Source: a virus (taxonomy: Duplodnaviria; Caudoviricetes). From it: a stretch of 58,726 nt of DNA. The notes below the pieces were generated by a model. The model was not told the origin of the DNA. It worked only from the letters and a program-made list of their open reading frames with translations, and ran no database searches. The translations under genes were made by a program, and so were the position numbers. This document shows, piece by piece, positions 25,957 to 35,681 of this stretch. Where the stretch lies: positions 1 through 58,726 of the IMG/VR virus record IMGVR_UViG_3300012942_000005. One strand, written 5' to 3'. Every line of letters starts with the position of its first letter. Position 1 is the first letter of the stretch.

Positions 25957-26962
25957 CTCCCTCAAGTTCATCAAGGGCAGCGTTGCGCGCAAGGATTTTG
26001 TCCCCGCGCTCACCCATTTCTCTATCAGGAATGGCGTGATTCGCGGGTCGAATGGGCTCATCTGCATGGCTGCTCCCATAGGGCTTGATATCGATTGCCA
26101 GCCGAAAGCGCAGCCCTTCACGAAGGCCGTAGAGATATGTGAGGATATGGATTCGACGCCGGCCTTCTCTATGACCGCGGCCGGACGCTTAACGATCAAA
26201 TCGGGCAAATTCAAGGTGCATATTGAATGCTCGCCCGAGCCGTATCCCGATATTCAGCCCGAGGGGGAATCGGTCGAGGTACAACCGGGCTTGCTGGCCG
26301 CATTCAAAACGCTTGCGCCGATGATCGCAGAGGACGCTAGCCGTCCTTGGGCGCGGGGGATTCTGCTGCGCGGCGGATCGGCGTTCGCCACAAATAATGT
26401 CGTAATCGGCCAATATTGGGTCGGGTCGGATTTCGGCTTCGACGTGAATATTCCAGACGAATGCATCAAGGAGATTCTTCGTGTCAAAATGGATCCCATC
26501 AGTATACAAGCGACTCCACGATCCATCACGTTTCATTTCCCCGAAGGACGTTGGATCAAATCGCAACTGCTTACGACCGATTGGCCGAATGTTGCACCGG
26601 TCTTGGATCGTCCTTGCAGCCCCGCACCCGTGCCATCCGATTTCTTTTCTGACCTTGCCCGGCTTGCACCTTACGCGGATGCCGCTCGTCGCGTGTTCAT
26701 TCGCGGAAGTACATTGTGTACTCATGTTGAGGAAGGGTCAGGCGCAAGTTCCGTGGTCGAGTGGAATGAGGGTAGTGCAGAATCTAAAACCGCACCTGAA
26801 TTACGCGGAGTATACAATATCGACTTACTCCGATCGCTGGACGGACTCGTGGCTCGAATGGACCTGTCTCTATACCCCCAACCCGCCCTTTTCTTTGGGC
26901 CTGACACAGACGCTGGCTATCCTGTACTTCGGGGTGCAGTGGTAGGGATGAAGGGGGTATGA
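25943..26962 (+). CDS. DNA polymerase sliding clamp (beta-subunit-like)
   Basis: P.L.HF, TIKSGK, YPDI, D.SRPW..GI repeats resembling DnaN; immediately upstream of the polymerase. Confidence 0.8.
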   Translation: MRMLDSLKFIKGSVARKDFVPALTHFSIRNGVIRGSNGLICMAAPIGLDIDCQPKAQPFTKAVEICEDMDSTPAFSMTAAGRLTIKSGKFKVHIECSPEPYPDIQPEGESVEVQPGLLAAFKTLAPMIAEDASRPWARGILLRGGSAFATNNVVIGQYWVGSDFGFDVNIPDECIKEILRVKMDPISIQATPRSITFHFPEGRWIKSQLLTTDWPNVAPVLDRPCSPAPVPSDFFSDLARLAPYADAARRVFIRGSTLCTHVEEGSGASSVVEWNEGSAESKTAPELRGVYNIDLLRSLDGLVARMDLSLYPQPALFFGPDTDAGYPVLRGAVVGMKGV

Positions 26963-26963
26963 C

Positions 26964-27155
26964 ATGCGATGGCTCGTTTACGTTCGTCGCTTGGATCGAG
27001 TGACCGGCAAGCTGCCGAAGCGCTCCAGTCTGGAAGTCATTTATCAATATCATTATGAAGGGAGCATGCCTTATCAGCAGGTCTGGAAGCGCTTTCGAAA
27101 AGAGTACCCTTGGTATCATAGTTCGAGCATAAGGATCGAACGCGATGCGTTTTGA
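26964..27155 (+). CDS. Small basic hypothetical protein
   Basis: Fills the gap between clamp and polymerase; GGGGG RBS. Confidence 0.5.
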   Translation: MRWLVYVRRLDRVTGKLPKRSSLEVIYQYHYEGSMPYQQVWKRFRKEYPWYHSSSIRIERDAF

Positions 27156-29184
27156 CGAAGCCGGGTTGTTCTGGAATGACGTAAAGCCGCCGAAAGTCAA
27201 GCGGGCGGATAAGATCAAGCGCACGCCGCCTGATCCGGTTTGGCTATCGCCTAACTATTTACCCAATCTGGCCGAGGCGCTGCATTGGGAACCGGAGTGT
27301 ATGAGCGATGGAGAACTTCTAGATGCCAAACTGTCAGGCGACCGGCTGGTATGGGATACCGAAAGCTACCCCAATTATTGGTCGGCGGGTTTCACTAACC
27401 TTCGAACAGGTAAAAGCCTTATATTCGAATGCGCACCCGAATTCGGTTTGCACCTTGATAAACAGAAGCTCGATTGGGTGCTTCGAAACTTCACTCTTAT
27501 CGACTTCAATGGCGAGTCGTATGATCGCCATACAACGGCGATTGCAGTCAAGCCCGGAACTACTTCTGACCACATGTATGGAGCAACGGTCGAGATAATC
27601 GAACGCGGCGTGCCGGGTTGGATGGTTGTGCGCTCGTATGGCGCGCGCAAAGTGCAGATGGATCATATCGACTTGATTCAACTGACGCCGCTGGCTCCGT
27701 CGCTCAAAATTATGGCCGGTCGGCTCGGCTCGCCGCTGATGATGGACTTGCCGTTCAAGCCGGGCACATATTTGTCATGGGAACAAACGCGCATCCTGCG
27801 CTGGTACATGTTCAATGATAATCGCAACACGCAGTTGGTCTATGAGGCGCATCTAGCGAACATCAAACTCCGCGAGGAATTCGGGCCGAAGTACGGCATC
27901 GACTTGCGGAGCCGCAGCGATGCGCAGATGGCCGAGGCGATTTTCAGAGCCGAAGTGCGCAAGCGGACCGGGCGCAATCCCGAGGTGATCCCCTATGAAG
28001 GTGCGTTTAAATTTCGTATGCCGGATTGGGTACAATTCAAAACCCCGATTTTGCAGCAATTGAAACAAACTATCATCGAATCCGATTTCATAGTCGGGGA
28101 GAATGGATATGTTCAAGAACCAGCCGCTTTCAAAGACCTTAAAATCGCCATCGGAAGCGGACTCTATACTTTCGGCATTGGCGGACTGCACTCTAACGAG
28201 AAACGAGCAGCGCATTGCACACATGATCGAACTGGCGTGCATCGATGGATTCTCCGCGATCACGATGTGGCTTCATACTACCCCAAGCTCATCCTCGAAA
28301 GTGGTTATTACCCGCCCGCTATCGGCCCGATCTTTGTATCGATCTACAGCGATATCATCGAAAGACGATTGAAAGAGAAGGCCATCGATCCCAAAGGCGT
28401 TTGGGCGCTGGGCCTGAAAATTGTCGGTAACGGAACGTTCGGCAAGACCTCCGATCCGTTCTCCATTCTTTACTACCCGCCACTGATGGTACAAACCACG
28501 ATCAGCGGGCAGCTAGCGCTGTTCATGATGATCGAACGTGCGCATCTGGCAGGGATGGAAGTGACGAATGCGAACACTGATGGCGTCGTTATTAAAACCA
28601 CGATCGAGCGCGATGACGAATTGAAGGCGATCGTTGCAGATTGGGAAGCGGCGACAGGTTTGCAGATGGAAACCAAGGACTATGTGGCTACTTTCTCGCG
28701 CGACGTGAACAGCTACATTGCTATCGACACGAAGTATAAGGCAAAGCGTAAAGGCTGGTATAAGGAGAATGGTTGCAATGGTCGCCCTGATAACGAGCAA
28801 ATCAAGAAGAACCCGACCGCCGAAATCGTCGGAGACGCACTTGAAGCATTCTTTACAAAAGGCAAACCAGTTGCTGAAACGCTCAGAGAGTGTCGTGATA
28901 TCAACAAATTCGTCACTGTCAAACAGGCACAGGGCGGCGGCGCTTTTGTTGAACCTGGTTCCGATCCAGTCTATCTCGGTAAAGCCGTCCGCTTCTACAA
29001 GAGCGCGGGCAGCACGGGGGAAATCATCACAGTCACTAAAGGCCATCTTGTCGGCGGTAGCGAAGGATGCCGCCCAATCATGCGCTACGATGGAACCTTT
29101 CCCGCCGATGTAGATATGGAGTTTTATGAGTCAATGGTGAATGAGCACCTTGAACTGCTCGGATTTAACGAGTTGGTATCCTAG
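27145..29184 (+). CDS. Family-B DNA polymerase with 3'-5' exonuclease
   Basis: Exo WDTE, FNG..YD, Y..ND; polymerase motifs DVASYYP, KIVGNGTFGK, NTDG. Confidence 0.9.
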   Translation: MRFDEAGLFWNDVKPPKVKRADKIKRTPPDPVWLSPNYLPNLAEALHWEPECMSDGELLDAKLSGDRLVWDTESYPNYWSAGFTNLRTGKSLIFECAPEFGLHLDKQKLDWVLRNFTLIDFNGESYDRHTTAIAVKPGTTSDHMYGATVEIIERGVPGWMVVRSYGARKVQMDHIDLIQLTPLAPSLKIMAGRLGSPLMMDLPFKPGTYLSWEQTRILRWYMFNDNRNTQLVYEAHLANIKLREEFGPKYGIDLRSRSDAQMAEAIFRAEVRKRTGRNPEVIPYEGAFKFRMPDWVQFKTPILQQLKQTIIESDFIVGENGYVQEPAAFKDLKIAIGSGLYTFGIGGLHSNEKRAAHCTHDRTGVHRWILRDHDVASYYPKLILESGYYPPAIGPIFVSIYSDIIERRLKEKAIDPKGVWALGLKIVGNGTFGKTSDPFSILYYPPLMVQTTISGQLALFMMIERAHLAGMEVTNANTDGVVIKTTIERDDELKAIVADWEAATGLQMETKDYVATFSRDVNSYIAIDTKYKAKRKGWYKENGCNGRPDNEQIKKNPTAEIVGDALEAFFTKGKPVAETLRECRDINKFVTVKQAQGGGAFVEPGSDPVYLGKAVRFYKSAGSTGEIITVTKGHLVGGSEGCRPIMRYDGTFPADVDMEFYESMVNEHLELLGFNELVS

Positions 29185-29222
29185 CCTATTACGGCTTATC
29201 CTATTACAAGGAGTAACATGAT

Positions 29223-29666
29223 ATGAGTACACTCGATCGACTAGAACTTTTCGCTATTAATCGCGCGGGCGATCTGCTGGAAACGGCTTGCCACAATCTA
29301 AGCCGCGAGGCCGGATGGTGGCGCGACAAGAAAACCGGGCTCGATTTGATCGAAGTTATCAACCGGCCGGTCACGGATATTCAACGTCTGCTGGCCGGGG
29401 CGTTGGTCGCGCAGAAACTGTGCCTGTCGCACTCGGAAATCTCCGAAGCGATGGAAGGACACCGCAAGGGGCTGATGGACGAGAAGTTGCCGCACCGCAA
29501 GATGATCGAAGTCGAAATTGCCGACGCGATCATCCGACTGTTCGATCTGGCAGGGGCGCTGAATCTCAACTTGGGCGGCGCTATCGCGGAGAAGCTGGAG
29601 TTCAACACGAAGCGCCTCGACCACAAGCCCGAGAATCGCGAAAAGGAAGGCGGGAAGGCTTACTAA
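29223..29666 (+). CDS. MazG-like NTP pyrophosphohydrolase
   Basis: HSEISEAMEG.RK...EIADAIIR.FDL...EK..FN. Confidence 0.85.
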   Translation: MSTLDRLELFAINRAGDLLETACHNLSREAGWWRDKKTGLDLIEVINRPVTDIQRLLAGALVAQKLCLSHSEISEAMEGHRKGLMDEKLPHRKMIEVEIADAIIRLFDLAGALNLNLGGAIAEKLEFNTKRLDHKPENREKEGGKAY

Positions 29667-30244
29667 GACAGGGCTCTGAGAACCGCGCCGATCATGTGAT
29701 CCTGCACGTTCGGGATCGGAAGGTGCGGTTTGCCTATGTGAATCAAAGGTGCCGGATGATGCCAAAATTCAGGCACGTCCGTCACCAAATCATTCCCCGT
29801 TTGGTACAGATAAGCCGGTACTTTCAAGAGCAGACTGGTCAGATTCACGTCTGGACTGGTGCGCGGCGGCTCGAAAGCGTAGATCGCGAGCGGTGGCCGA
29901 TTGCTGACCACATAGGATGCAGCAGCCATAATCGCCATCGCCGCACCCAGCGAATGGCCGACCAAAATCACTTCCTTGCCAATCGTCCGGTCTAGCACTT
30001 CTTGACCGATCTGATTCCACGCGTTCCAGAAACCTTGATGCACACGACCGATACCGTCGATTGTGATTGGCAGCGCGTCGAAATCATGGACCCAGCAGTC
30101 CAGATTGTCCGAGCCCGGAAAAGCCACAATTAGCCCTTCCGGGGTATCTCGTAGAATCGCGCGAGAGGCGCTATCCGCATTGCCTATATCCGGCTTTGCG
30201 AAATAGCTCTCTTGCGCGATCAGCGCGAAATCACGCGGGCTCAT
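29663..30244 (-). CDS. Class-3 lipase (alpha/beta hydrolase)
   Basis: VAFPGS, VHQGF, GHSLGAA nucleophile elbow, DLV..VP, DH; likely start MSPRDF at 30244. Confidence 0.88.
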   Translation of the reverse strand: MSPRDFALIAQESYFAKPDIGNADSASRAILRDTPEGLIVAFPGSDNLDCWVHDFDALPITIDGIGRVHQGFWNAWNQIGQEVLDRTIGKEVILVGHSLGAAMAIMAAASYVVSNRPPLAIYAFEPPRTSPDVNLTSLLLKVPAYLYQTGNDLVTDVPEFWHHPAPLIHIGKPHLPIPNVQDHMIGAVLRALS

Positions 30245-30708
30245 TATGCGCCGGAAGCCGCCAAGGGAGCCGAAGCAGCAGCGGGCGCGCTGGCCGGGGT
30301 CGGGGCGACCACGACGATCAAACTGTCGACGAGTTGCTGAACGATCGGGCCGATGGTCACGAGCGCGAGCATTGCGGCTTGCTGGGTCGGAGTCGGCGGC
30401 AACGCGTTCACGATGGCGACGGCAGCGGGCAGCAGTTGATCGTGGAACGTTTTCAAGTCCGTTGCGTTCAACTTCGCATTCGCGACACTCGTGCACAGCG
30501 CTTCGTTGGCCGGCAACAGAGTCTTCGTGATGAAGTCGCGGTCGGCTTGCGCAACAGGGAGTTGAGCGATCAGCGGCAGGTCAGCATTCACAACGCCGCA
30601 AGCGCTGACGAATTGTTGCTGAACGTTCGGAATGCTTGAGCAAGCGCCGAGCGCAAGCGCCCCGGCAATAGCCGCGACCGCGGCCACGCTACACAGATAC
30701 TTCTTCAT
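30244..30708 (-). CDS. Lipoprotein of the lysis cassette (possible spanin-like)
   Basis: Lipobox LGAC-SS; hydrophobic C-terminal segment. Confidence 0.7.
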   Translation of the reverse strand: MKKYLCSVAAVAAIAGALALGACSSIPNVQQQFVSACGVVNADLPLIAQLPVAQADRDFITKTLLPANEALCTSVANAKLNATDLKTFHDQLLPAAVAIVNALPPTPTQQAAMLALVTIGPIVQQLVDSLIVVVAPTPASAPAAASAPLAASGA

Positions 30709-31019
30709 AGTTGCACCTTATCGGATAGAACGGCGGGTTTCACTTCGGGGTTGGACAACACGGGTGCGGTTTGCGTCGCCTGTTTCTGGATCAACGAAAC
30801 TGCAATCTGCTCCGCGAGCGCTTGCGGGCTCACCCCGGTAGCTTTCGCATGCAGAACGTTCAACGCGAGAGCGTCGACAACTTTATACACATGAGCCAAC
30901 CACGTTCCCGCTTTCGGGGTCGGGGTGACCGCGGTAAATGCGGCTGCGGCCACGATCGGGTGAGTCCAATCGGACATGAGCCATGCGTAAATATGGATGA
31001 AAAAATCGGGCGTGCTCAT
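30705..31019 (-). CDS. Putative holin
   Basis: AA..TPTPK...YKVVD.LALN..HAK pattern; follows endolysin. Confidence 0.55.
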   Translation of the reverse strand: MSTPDFFIHIYAWLMSDWTHPIVAAAAFTAVTPTPKAGTWLAHVYKVVDALALNVLHAKATGVSPQALAEQIAVSLIQKQATQTAPVLSNPEVKPAVLSDKVQL

Positions 31020-31501
31020 TTGAGGGTTCCTCCTGCTGCGGTATAGGCCGCTTCGATAAAATCCATCGAATTGGTATGTTGACCATAGGGCGATCCGGGA
31101 AGCGACGCCCAAATGTTATTGATCTGAGCGACCGCGGCGTACAGATTGCCCACATCAATGAAGGGGAGGGCCTTGCGCTCGCGCATCTGCTGAATCGCAT
31201 ACAAGTCTTGCGAAAGCGGCCCGAAGTCGGGCAATCCCAATTGCGCCTTGTAATGCGGCCACCACTTCGACATGATCTGATACGCGCCGGCTGCGTCTGA
31301 ATTAAGCGCGGCACATCGAATGCGCGGGTGATCGGCGTAGCTATGGAACGTATGAATCGCAGAAGGCGTTGACCCGACCAGTACGTTGTAGCCGCTGTCC
31401 GAGCCATTTATCAGAGCCGCACCTAGCTCCGACATGGTAATCGCTGCGAGCAAAGCAACGCGATTCTGGCTACCGGCGCGGGCTGCGGTTATAACTGGCA
31501 T
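31016..31501 (-). CDS. Endolysin (lambda R-like lytic transglycosylase)
   Basis: I..SE, GYNVLVG, Y.DHP, AAGAYQ, DF.P.SQD, WASLPGSPYGQ. Confidence 0.93.
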   Translation of the reverse strand: MPVITAARAGSQNRVALLAAITMSELGAALINGSDSGYNVLVGSTPSAIHTFHSYADHPRIRCAALNSDAAGAYQIMSKWWPHYKAQLGLPDFGPLSQDLYAIQQMRERKALPFIDVGNLYAAVAQINNIWASLPGSPYGQHTNSMDFIEAAYTAAGGTLK

Positions 31502-31668
31502 CAGTGCAAATACTCTGGAACAACGATGATGGGGTCATGATAGTACTTGTTGGGAACTTTATCAAGCGCCCCAAGTACCGCAGCAACTCGATCCGGCGCG
31601 CGACCAACTGTCGTCTCGATAAGCTGCTTTGTCGAGTGGTCGATGAAAGTCACGTGCCAAAGAGTCAT
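31501..31668 (-). CDS. Small hypothetical protein (55 aa)
   Basis: MTLWHVTFIDH...; overlaps both neighbours' start/stop codons. Confidence 0.5.
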   Translation of the reverse strand: MTLWHVTFIDHSTKQLIETTVGRAPDRVAAVLGALDKVPNKYYHDPIIVVPEYLH

Positions 31669-32039
31669 TTTTGGCCTCGGATGAACTCAAGCAGCATTTG
31701 GTCATTCGCGCGAATCTCACGCAGCAGATCGACCTGGTCTTGGAGCGATTGGCGGGATAGCTGGGCCATCTCGATCAATGTGGCCAACTGCTCACGTTGC
31801 ACTCGCGCCATTTCATCCTGTTGCGCCGCGGTTCGTTCTGCGACCATCATCAAGACGGCACTTGCGGTCGACGCTTCGATAGATAGGATCATGTTCGTCA
31901 GACCGAAATCTGAATCATACGCAAATTGGGTATGAGCGAACATCGAGCCGAGAATAAACGCGATCAGAACGATCAAGAAAAACTTGGGATCGCGGAACGT
32001 CATATACGCCCGTAGGACGTAAGGCGAAAGTTTAGCCAT
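31665..32039 (-). CDS. DUF1003-like two-TM membrane protein
   Basis: Two hydrophobic helices, D..F.L.N..LS.EA motif, coiled-coil tail. Confidence 0.65.
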   Translation of the reverse strand: MAKLSPYVLRAYMTFRDPKFFLIVLIAFILGSMFAHTQFAYDSDFGLTNMILSIEASTASAVLMMVAERTAAQQDEMARVQREQLATLIEMAQLSRQSLQDQVDLLREIRANDQMLLEFIRGQK

Positions 32040-32232
32040 GATGGAAGTACGTGATGCAGCCTTGGGCGATTTCGACGAGGATCAGGAAGATGACCACATA
32101 TTCCAAGGTGCGGGCCTTCTTGACTTCCTTGTCTGCTTCAAGATTGAGCACACGTTCGGTCAATGCATCGACTCGATCGTCAGTGTGATCGATTCGGTCA
32201 TTCACGAAGTCGTATTGCTCTTGGGAGTTCAT
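32032..32232 (-). CDS. Coiled-coil plus C-terminal TM protein (XhlA/holin-like)
   Basis: Heptad N-terminus, YVVIFLILVEI TM. Confidence 0.55.
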   Translation of the reverse strand: MNSQEQYDFVNDRIDHTDDRVDALTERVLNLEADKEVKKARTLEYVVIFLILVEIAQGCITYFHHG

Positions 32233-32564
32233 TACTTGAAGTGCTGCACGGCGAAACTGAGGACTGCGATCAGGGCAACGATCCCGCCGAACGCTGCGGC
32301 GAATTTGGCCGGAATGGAACTTTGTGCAGCGGCAAGCTGTTGACTGTAGTTCTGCGTGATATCGCGACGCAGATCGGAGATATCGTCTTTCGTGGCCACG
32401 CGGCCCATATTTTCGCGAATCACTGCGATGGTTTCATCCATCTTACTCAAATGAGCTTCGTGACGTGCCAACATGGTGTCATGTCCTGTGAGCCGTGACT
32501 CGATAGCGGCGATGGCAGCAGCGTGTTGTTGGTCGGCCGCGTGCAATTCGTCGGTGGTCGGCAT
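32232..32564 (-). CDS. Coiled-coil plus C-terminal TM protein (XhlA/holin-like)
   Basis: ATKDDI motif, FAAAFGGIVALIAVLSFAV TM. Confidence 0.6.
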   Translation of the reverse strand: MPTTDELHAADQQHAAAIAAIESRLTGHDTMLARHEAHLSKMDETIAVIRENMGRVATKDDISDLRRDITQNYSQQLAAAQSSIPAKFAAAFGGIVALIAVLSFAVQHFK

Positions 32565-32600
32565 GGTATCCCCGGATAGTTAAACTGTTGCTTCTCGCGA

Positions 32601-32633
32601 ATGGTACCCGAGTATGTGCCGCTAAATCAACAA
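32601..32633 (-). promoter_or_regulatory. Late-type promoter (lysis cassette)
   Basis: ttgTTGATT-18-TACCAT. Confidence 0.45.
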
Positions 32634-32645
32634 TTTCGCTGTTGC

Positions 32646-33152
32646 TTACAAGGTCGGACGAATGAAGTAGGTCGCGTTAAAGTTTCCGAACGGAAATGTT
32701 TGCCCAGTGGCAGAAAGCCACTGTAGTGCCGGGCCAGCTTGCAAATCCGGGTACAAAACGTTCGATACTCCCGTGGTCTCATTGGTCAAAATAATATTGC
32801 CTTGCCAAGTCGGGGGAGTGCCCGAAAAGTATAACGCTGATTGGAGAACTTCCTGTCCTCCAGTTTCCGCGGTCCAAAGCCCATATAGCGGGCCGCCTCC
32901 ATTATTGAAGAAAACGGAATTGCTGAACGGATACGTGATTTGCCCACCCGGCCCAATCACAAAGTCGGCCGTGGCTGTTATACTGCCGCTTCGTCCTCGC
33001 AAGTTACCGTAGCTGATAGGACCGCTCGCAATGTTTGCTAGAGCCCGACAGAACGGGTGCCCCAAGTTGAACGAAGCGACCCCGACGCCAGCCGATACGC
33101 CAAATTCAGCGGCAATCGTGCTCATTGCCAATTGACCGCTTGCGGGGATCAT
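32646..33152 (-). CDS. Tail fibre tip/adhesin-like protein
   Basis: IPASGQL.MS.I..EFG...SGPIS..N.RG.S N-terminus typical of fibre adhesins. Confidence 0.6.
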   Translation of the reverse strand: MIPASGQLAMSTIAAEFGVSAGVGVASFNLGHPFCRALANIASGPISYGNLRGRSGSITATADFVIGPGGQITYPFSNSVFFNNGGGPLYGLWTAETGGQEVLQSALYFSGTPPTWQGNIILTNETTGVSNVLYPDLQAGPALQWLSATGQTFPFGNFNATYFIRPTL

Positions 33153-34525
33153 GACAACTCCCAAACGATCACGCGACCAACGCCGCCATTGCCGCCGGCC
33201 AATGCGGATTGTGAGGCACCAAGAACAGTTCCGCCACCGCCCGCACCCGCACCGGAAGCCGCGCCGCCAGTTGCAGCCGGACGACCTAGGCCGCCAGTTC
33301 CCATAAACGAATCGCCGCCATTGCCAGCAAAATAACCCGTCACTGGATTCTGCCCTAACGTTGTGCCGCTACCGGGTGCCCCGGAAGTTGCAATAAGCGC
33401 CGTGGCGGCACCGGCCGTGAGCGCGACTCCACCTCCAGTCGCTCCTGCAATTGAAACAACAGCTGCCGGCCCTTGAATAGCGCCTCCGTTCCCACCCGTG
33501 CACGTAACTACGGAACCGAAAACTAGATTGCCGCCGGCATTTCCTGTATTACCGAGAACGCCCGTCCCGTTCGAGCCTATTGTGATGGGAATCGAACCCG
33601 ATACGAGCGCGGCGGTAATCTGAGCGGCGGTCATGTACAGTTTGCAATAGCCGCCCGCGCCACCGCCACCGCCGACACTCGCTTGCGATGCGCCGGTTGT
33701 CGGGCAACCTCCCCCAGCGCCGCCCGGCGCTTGCAGTTCGACGATCGCGCCTTGAAAGCCCGGAGTTGGGGTGTAATTGCCAGTTGCTGAGAATATCTGT
33801 ATGTTCAGCAAACGGCCGGGAACGCCAGTGATAGCGCCAGTGACATTAAGCGCCCCCGCGTCGACCGTTTGACCTGACACTGTACCCGAAGCAGTTAGCG
33901 AATCGACTCCTGCGCCGCCTTGGACGGTTACTCCATCCCCAAACGTGTTGCCACCGGACCACGTGTTAGTGCCGTTGAGCAGCGGAATTTCTGGGCCACT
34001 CGTGCCGGTATTGAACTGTGCAGCGGTGCCGAGGCCGAGATTCGTCCTTGCAGTAGCAGCATTGGCCACATCGGATAGATTATTTTGCTTGGTCAGCGCA
34101 TTCGCAAGCGTGGAAGCTGCATCCGATGCGCTAGTCGCAGCAGCAGCAGCGTCGGCAGCAGCAGCAGTGGCGCTCCCGGAAGCGTTCGTTTCACTGGTTG
34201 CCGCAGCATTTTGGCTGGCCAGAGCAGCAGAAGCACTGCCGCTAGCATTCGTCGCAGAGGTATTAGCGGCCGTCGCGCTACCTGCTGCCGCGTTTGCCGA
34301 ATTCATCGCATTTGTGGCAAATCCGCTTGCGGAATTCTGTGAGTTGGCTGCTGCCGTAGCTGAACTATCCGCTGCCGTAGCCGATGCAGCAGCGGCAGCA
34401 GCGTCCGCGTCCGCTGCAACCCGATCAGCATGAGTCGCAACTACGTCCGATTGGATCACTGCCCCGAAAGTCGCAGTCAGTCCCTGCACTCCGTTGCCAT
34501 CTGTGAGGATCAGTCGAATCGCCAT
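33149..34525 (-). CDS. Tail fibre protein
   Basis: Ala/Ser repeats, NNLSDVAN.ATARTNLGLGTAA motif, Gly-rich C-terminal domain. Confidence 0.85.
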   Translation of the reverse strand: MAIRLILTDGNGVQGLTATFGAVIQSDVVATHADRVAADADAAAAAASATAADSSATAAANSQNSASGFATNAMNSANAAAGSATAANTSATNASGSASAALASQNAAATSETNASGSATAAAADAAAAATSASDAASTLANALTKQNNLSDVANAATARTNLGLGTAAQFNTGTSGPEIPLLNGTNTWSGGNTFGDGVTVQGGAGVDSLTASGTVSGQTVDAGALNVTGAITGVPGRLLNIQIFSATGNYTPTPGFQGAIVELQAPGGAGGGCPTTGASQASVGGGGGAGGYCKLYMTAAQITAALVSGSIPITIGSNGTGVLGNTGNAGGNLVFGSVVTCTGGNGGAIQGPAAVVSIAGATGGGVALTAGAATALIATSGAPGSGTTLGQNPVTGYFAGNGGDSFMGTGGLGRPAATGGAASGAGAGGGGTVLGASQSALAGGNGGVGRVIVWELS

Positions 34526-34840
34526 TTAGCCCACCACAGGAGTTTGCAGAATGCGGAAATAATCGGGATCGGAGGCCAATGTGCTGCCATCAGAGAACGT
34601 GAATAAAGCGTCAATTCTGGCACTTCCGACCGGCCAATTGCCAGTACCTTGTGGATAGCCGACCGAAATAACACCCAAAGTCGGTTGAAGAATATCAACT
34701 GCGAGGGCTCCGATCAACACGGTGCCCGCGCGGTTATACACGTTGGCAGTAATCGTGCAGCCGGTCAAATCCTGAACTTTTCCCTCATTCTGAACTTGAC
34801 CGGCAAACTGGAAAGTCGTACCGCGATAATGAGTATACAT
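34526..34840 (-). CDS. Tail-associated Ig/BppU-like protein
   Basis: RG.TF...DLTGCTI beta-rich pattern between fibre genes. Confidence 0.55.
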   Translation of the reverse strand: MYTHYRGTTFQFAGQVQNEGKVQDLTGCTITANVYNRAGTVLIGALAVDILQPTLGVISVGYPQGTGNWPVGSARIDALFTFSDGSTLASDPDYFRILQTPVVG

Positions 34841-34841
34841 G

Positions 34842-35672
34842 TTATCGTCCGCCGAGCAACTGTCGCTCCAGTTCAAGCACTCGTTGAGCCAACTTTACGC
34901 AAGCCACGAGGGCGGCATTCCCGTATGCCACTCCTAAGACTCCGTCCAGATTCTCGTTCACGGCTTCGGGCAAAAACTCCTGTAGCGATTGCGCACCGAC
35001 CCCTACTTGCGTCGCTTTAATATCGATGCGATCGAATATGCCGGCCTTGAGATTGGCTAGTCGTTCTACGAAATCGTCCCCGAGGTCTCGCCAATTCTCT
35101 TTCAAACGCTCATCCGAGAAGGCAATCACATTACCGTTCGCTGTAGTGTTGCCTGCGTCGTCGATTGTAAAAATGCCGGCAGTGAACGCATTATTGACGA
35201 TTTGGAGTTGGTTAAGGACGGATCGAATCGTCTTGCTGCCCGTGTTGTCGATCATTTTGATGTTGCCGCCAGTCGCGCCCGCGCTTCCGTCCACTTCTAT
35301 CCCGATTTGATTTGCACTCTGCACAATCAAACCGGTCGCGGTGCCAGCCTTGATGGTCATCGCAGTCACATTCGGTGTGTTGAACGTAACCTGCCCGGTA
35401 AGGGTGACTCCTCCCGCCAGTGGCACATAACCTTGCAACTGTCCGAAATTCACTCCATCGGTAGCAACAGTCCCGGTCGCCACATTGGTCAACTTCTGGC
35501 TATTGAGATTGACCGCGCCGGTCGGAACAATGCCGCCCTGGTACAAAGTCTTGATGAACGAATATGCTGCTTGGAAGTAATCGTTCATATCCGTACCGAC
35601 GGTCTCCGTTCCGAGCGGAGAGTTCGCGGTCGGGTCAGTCGAGATATCGTCGAAACTTGTCGGTACCGGCAT
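34842..35672 (-). CDS. Tail fibre/spike with intramolecular chaperone (peptidase S74) domain
   Basis: SDERLKEN...AQ.L...PEAV...GVAYG. Confidence 0.85.
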   Translation of the reverse strand: MPVPTSFDDISTDPTANSPLGTETVGTDMNDYFQAAYSFIKTLYQGGIVPTGAVNLNSQKLTNVATGTVATDGVNFGQLQGYVPLAGGVTLTGQVTFNTPNVTAMTIKAGTATGLIVQSANQIGIEVDGSAGATGGNIKMIDNTGSKTIRSVLNQLQIVNNAFTAGIFTIDDAGNTTANGNVIAFSDERLKENWRDLGDDFVERLANLKAGIFDRIDIKATQVGVGAQSLQEFLPEAVNENLDGVLGVAYGNAALVACVKLAQRVLELERQLLGGR

Positions 35673-35681
35673 GATAGCCCC

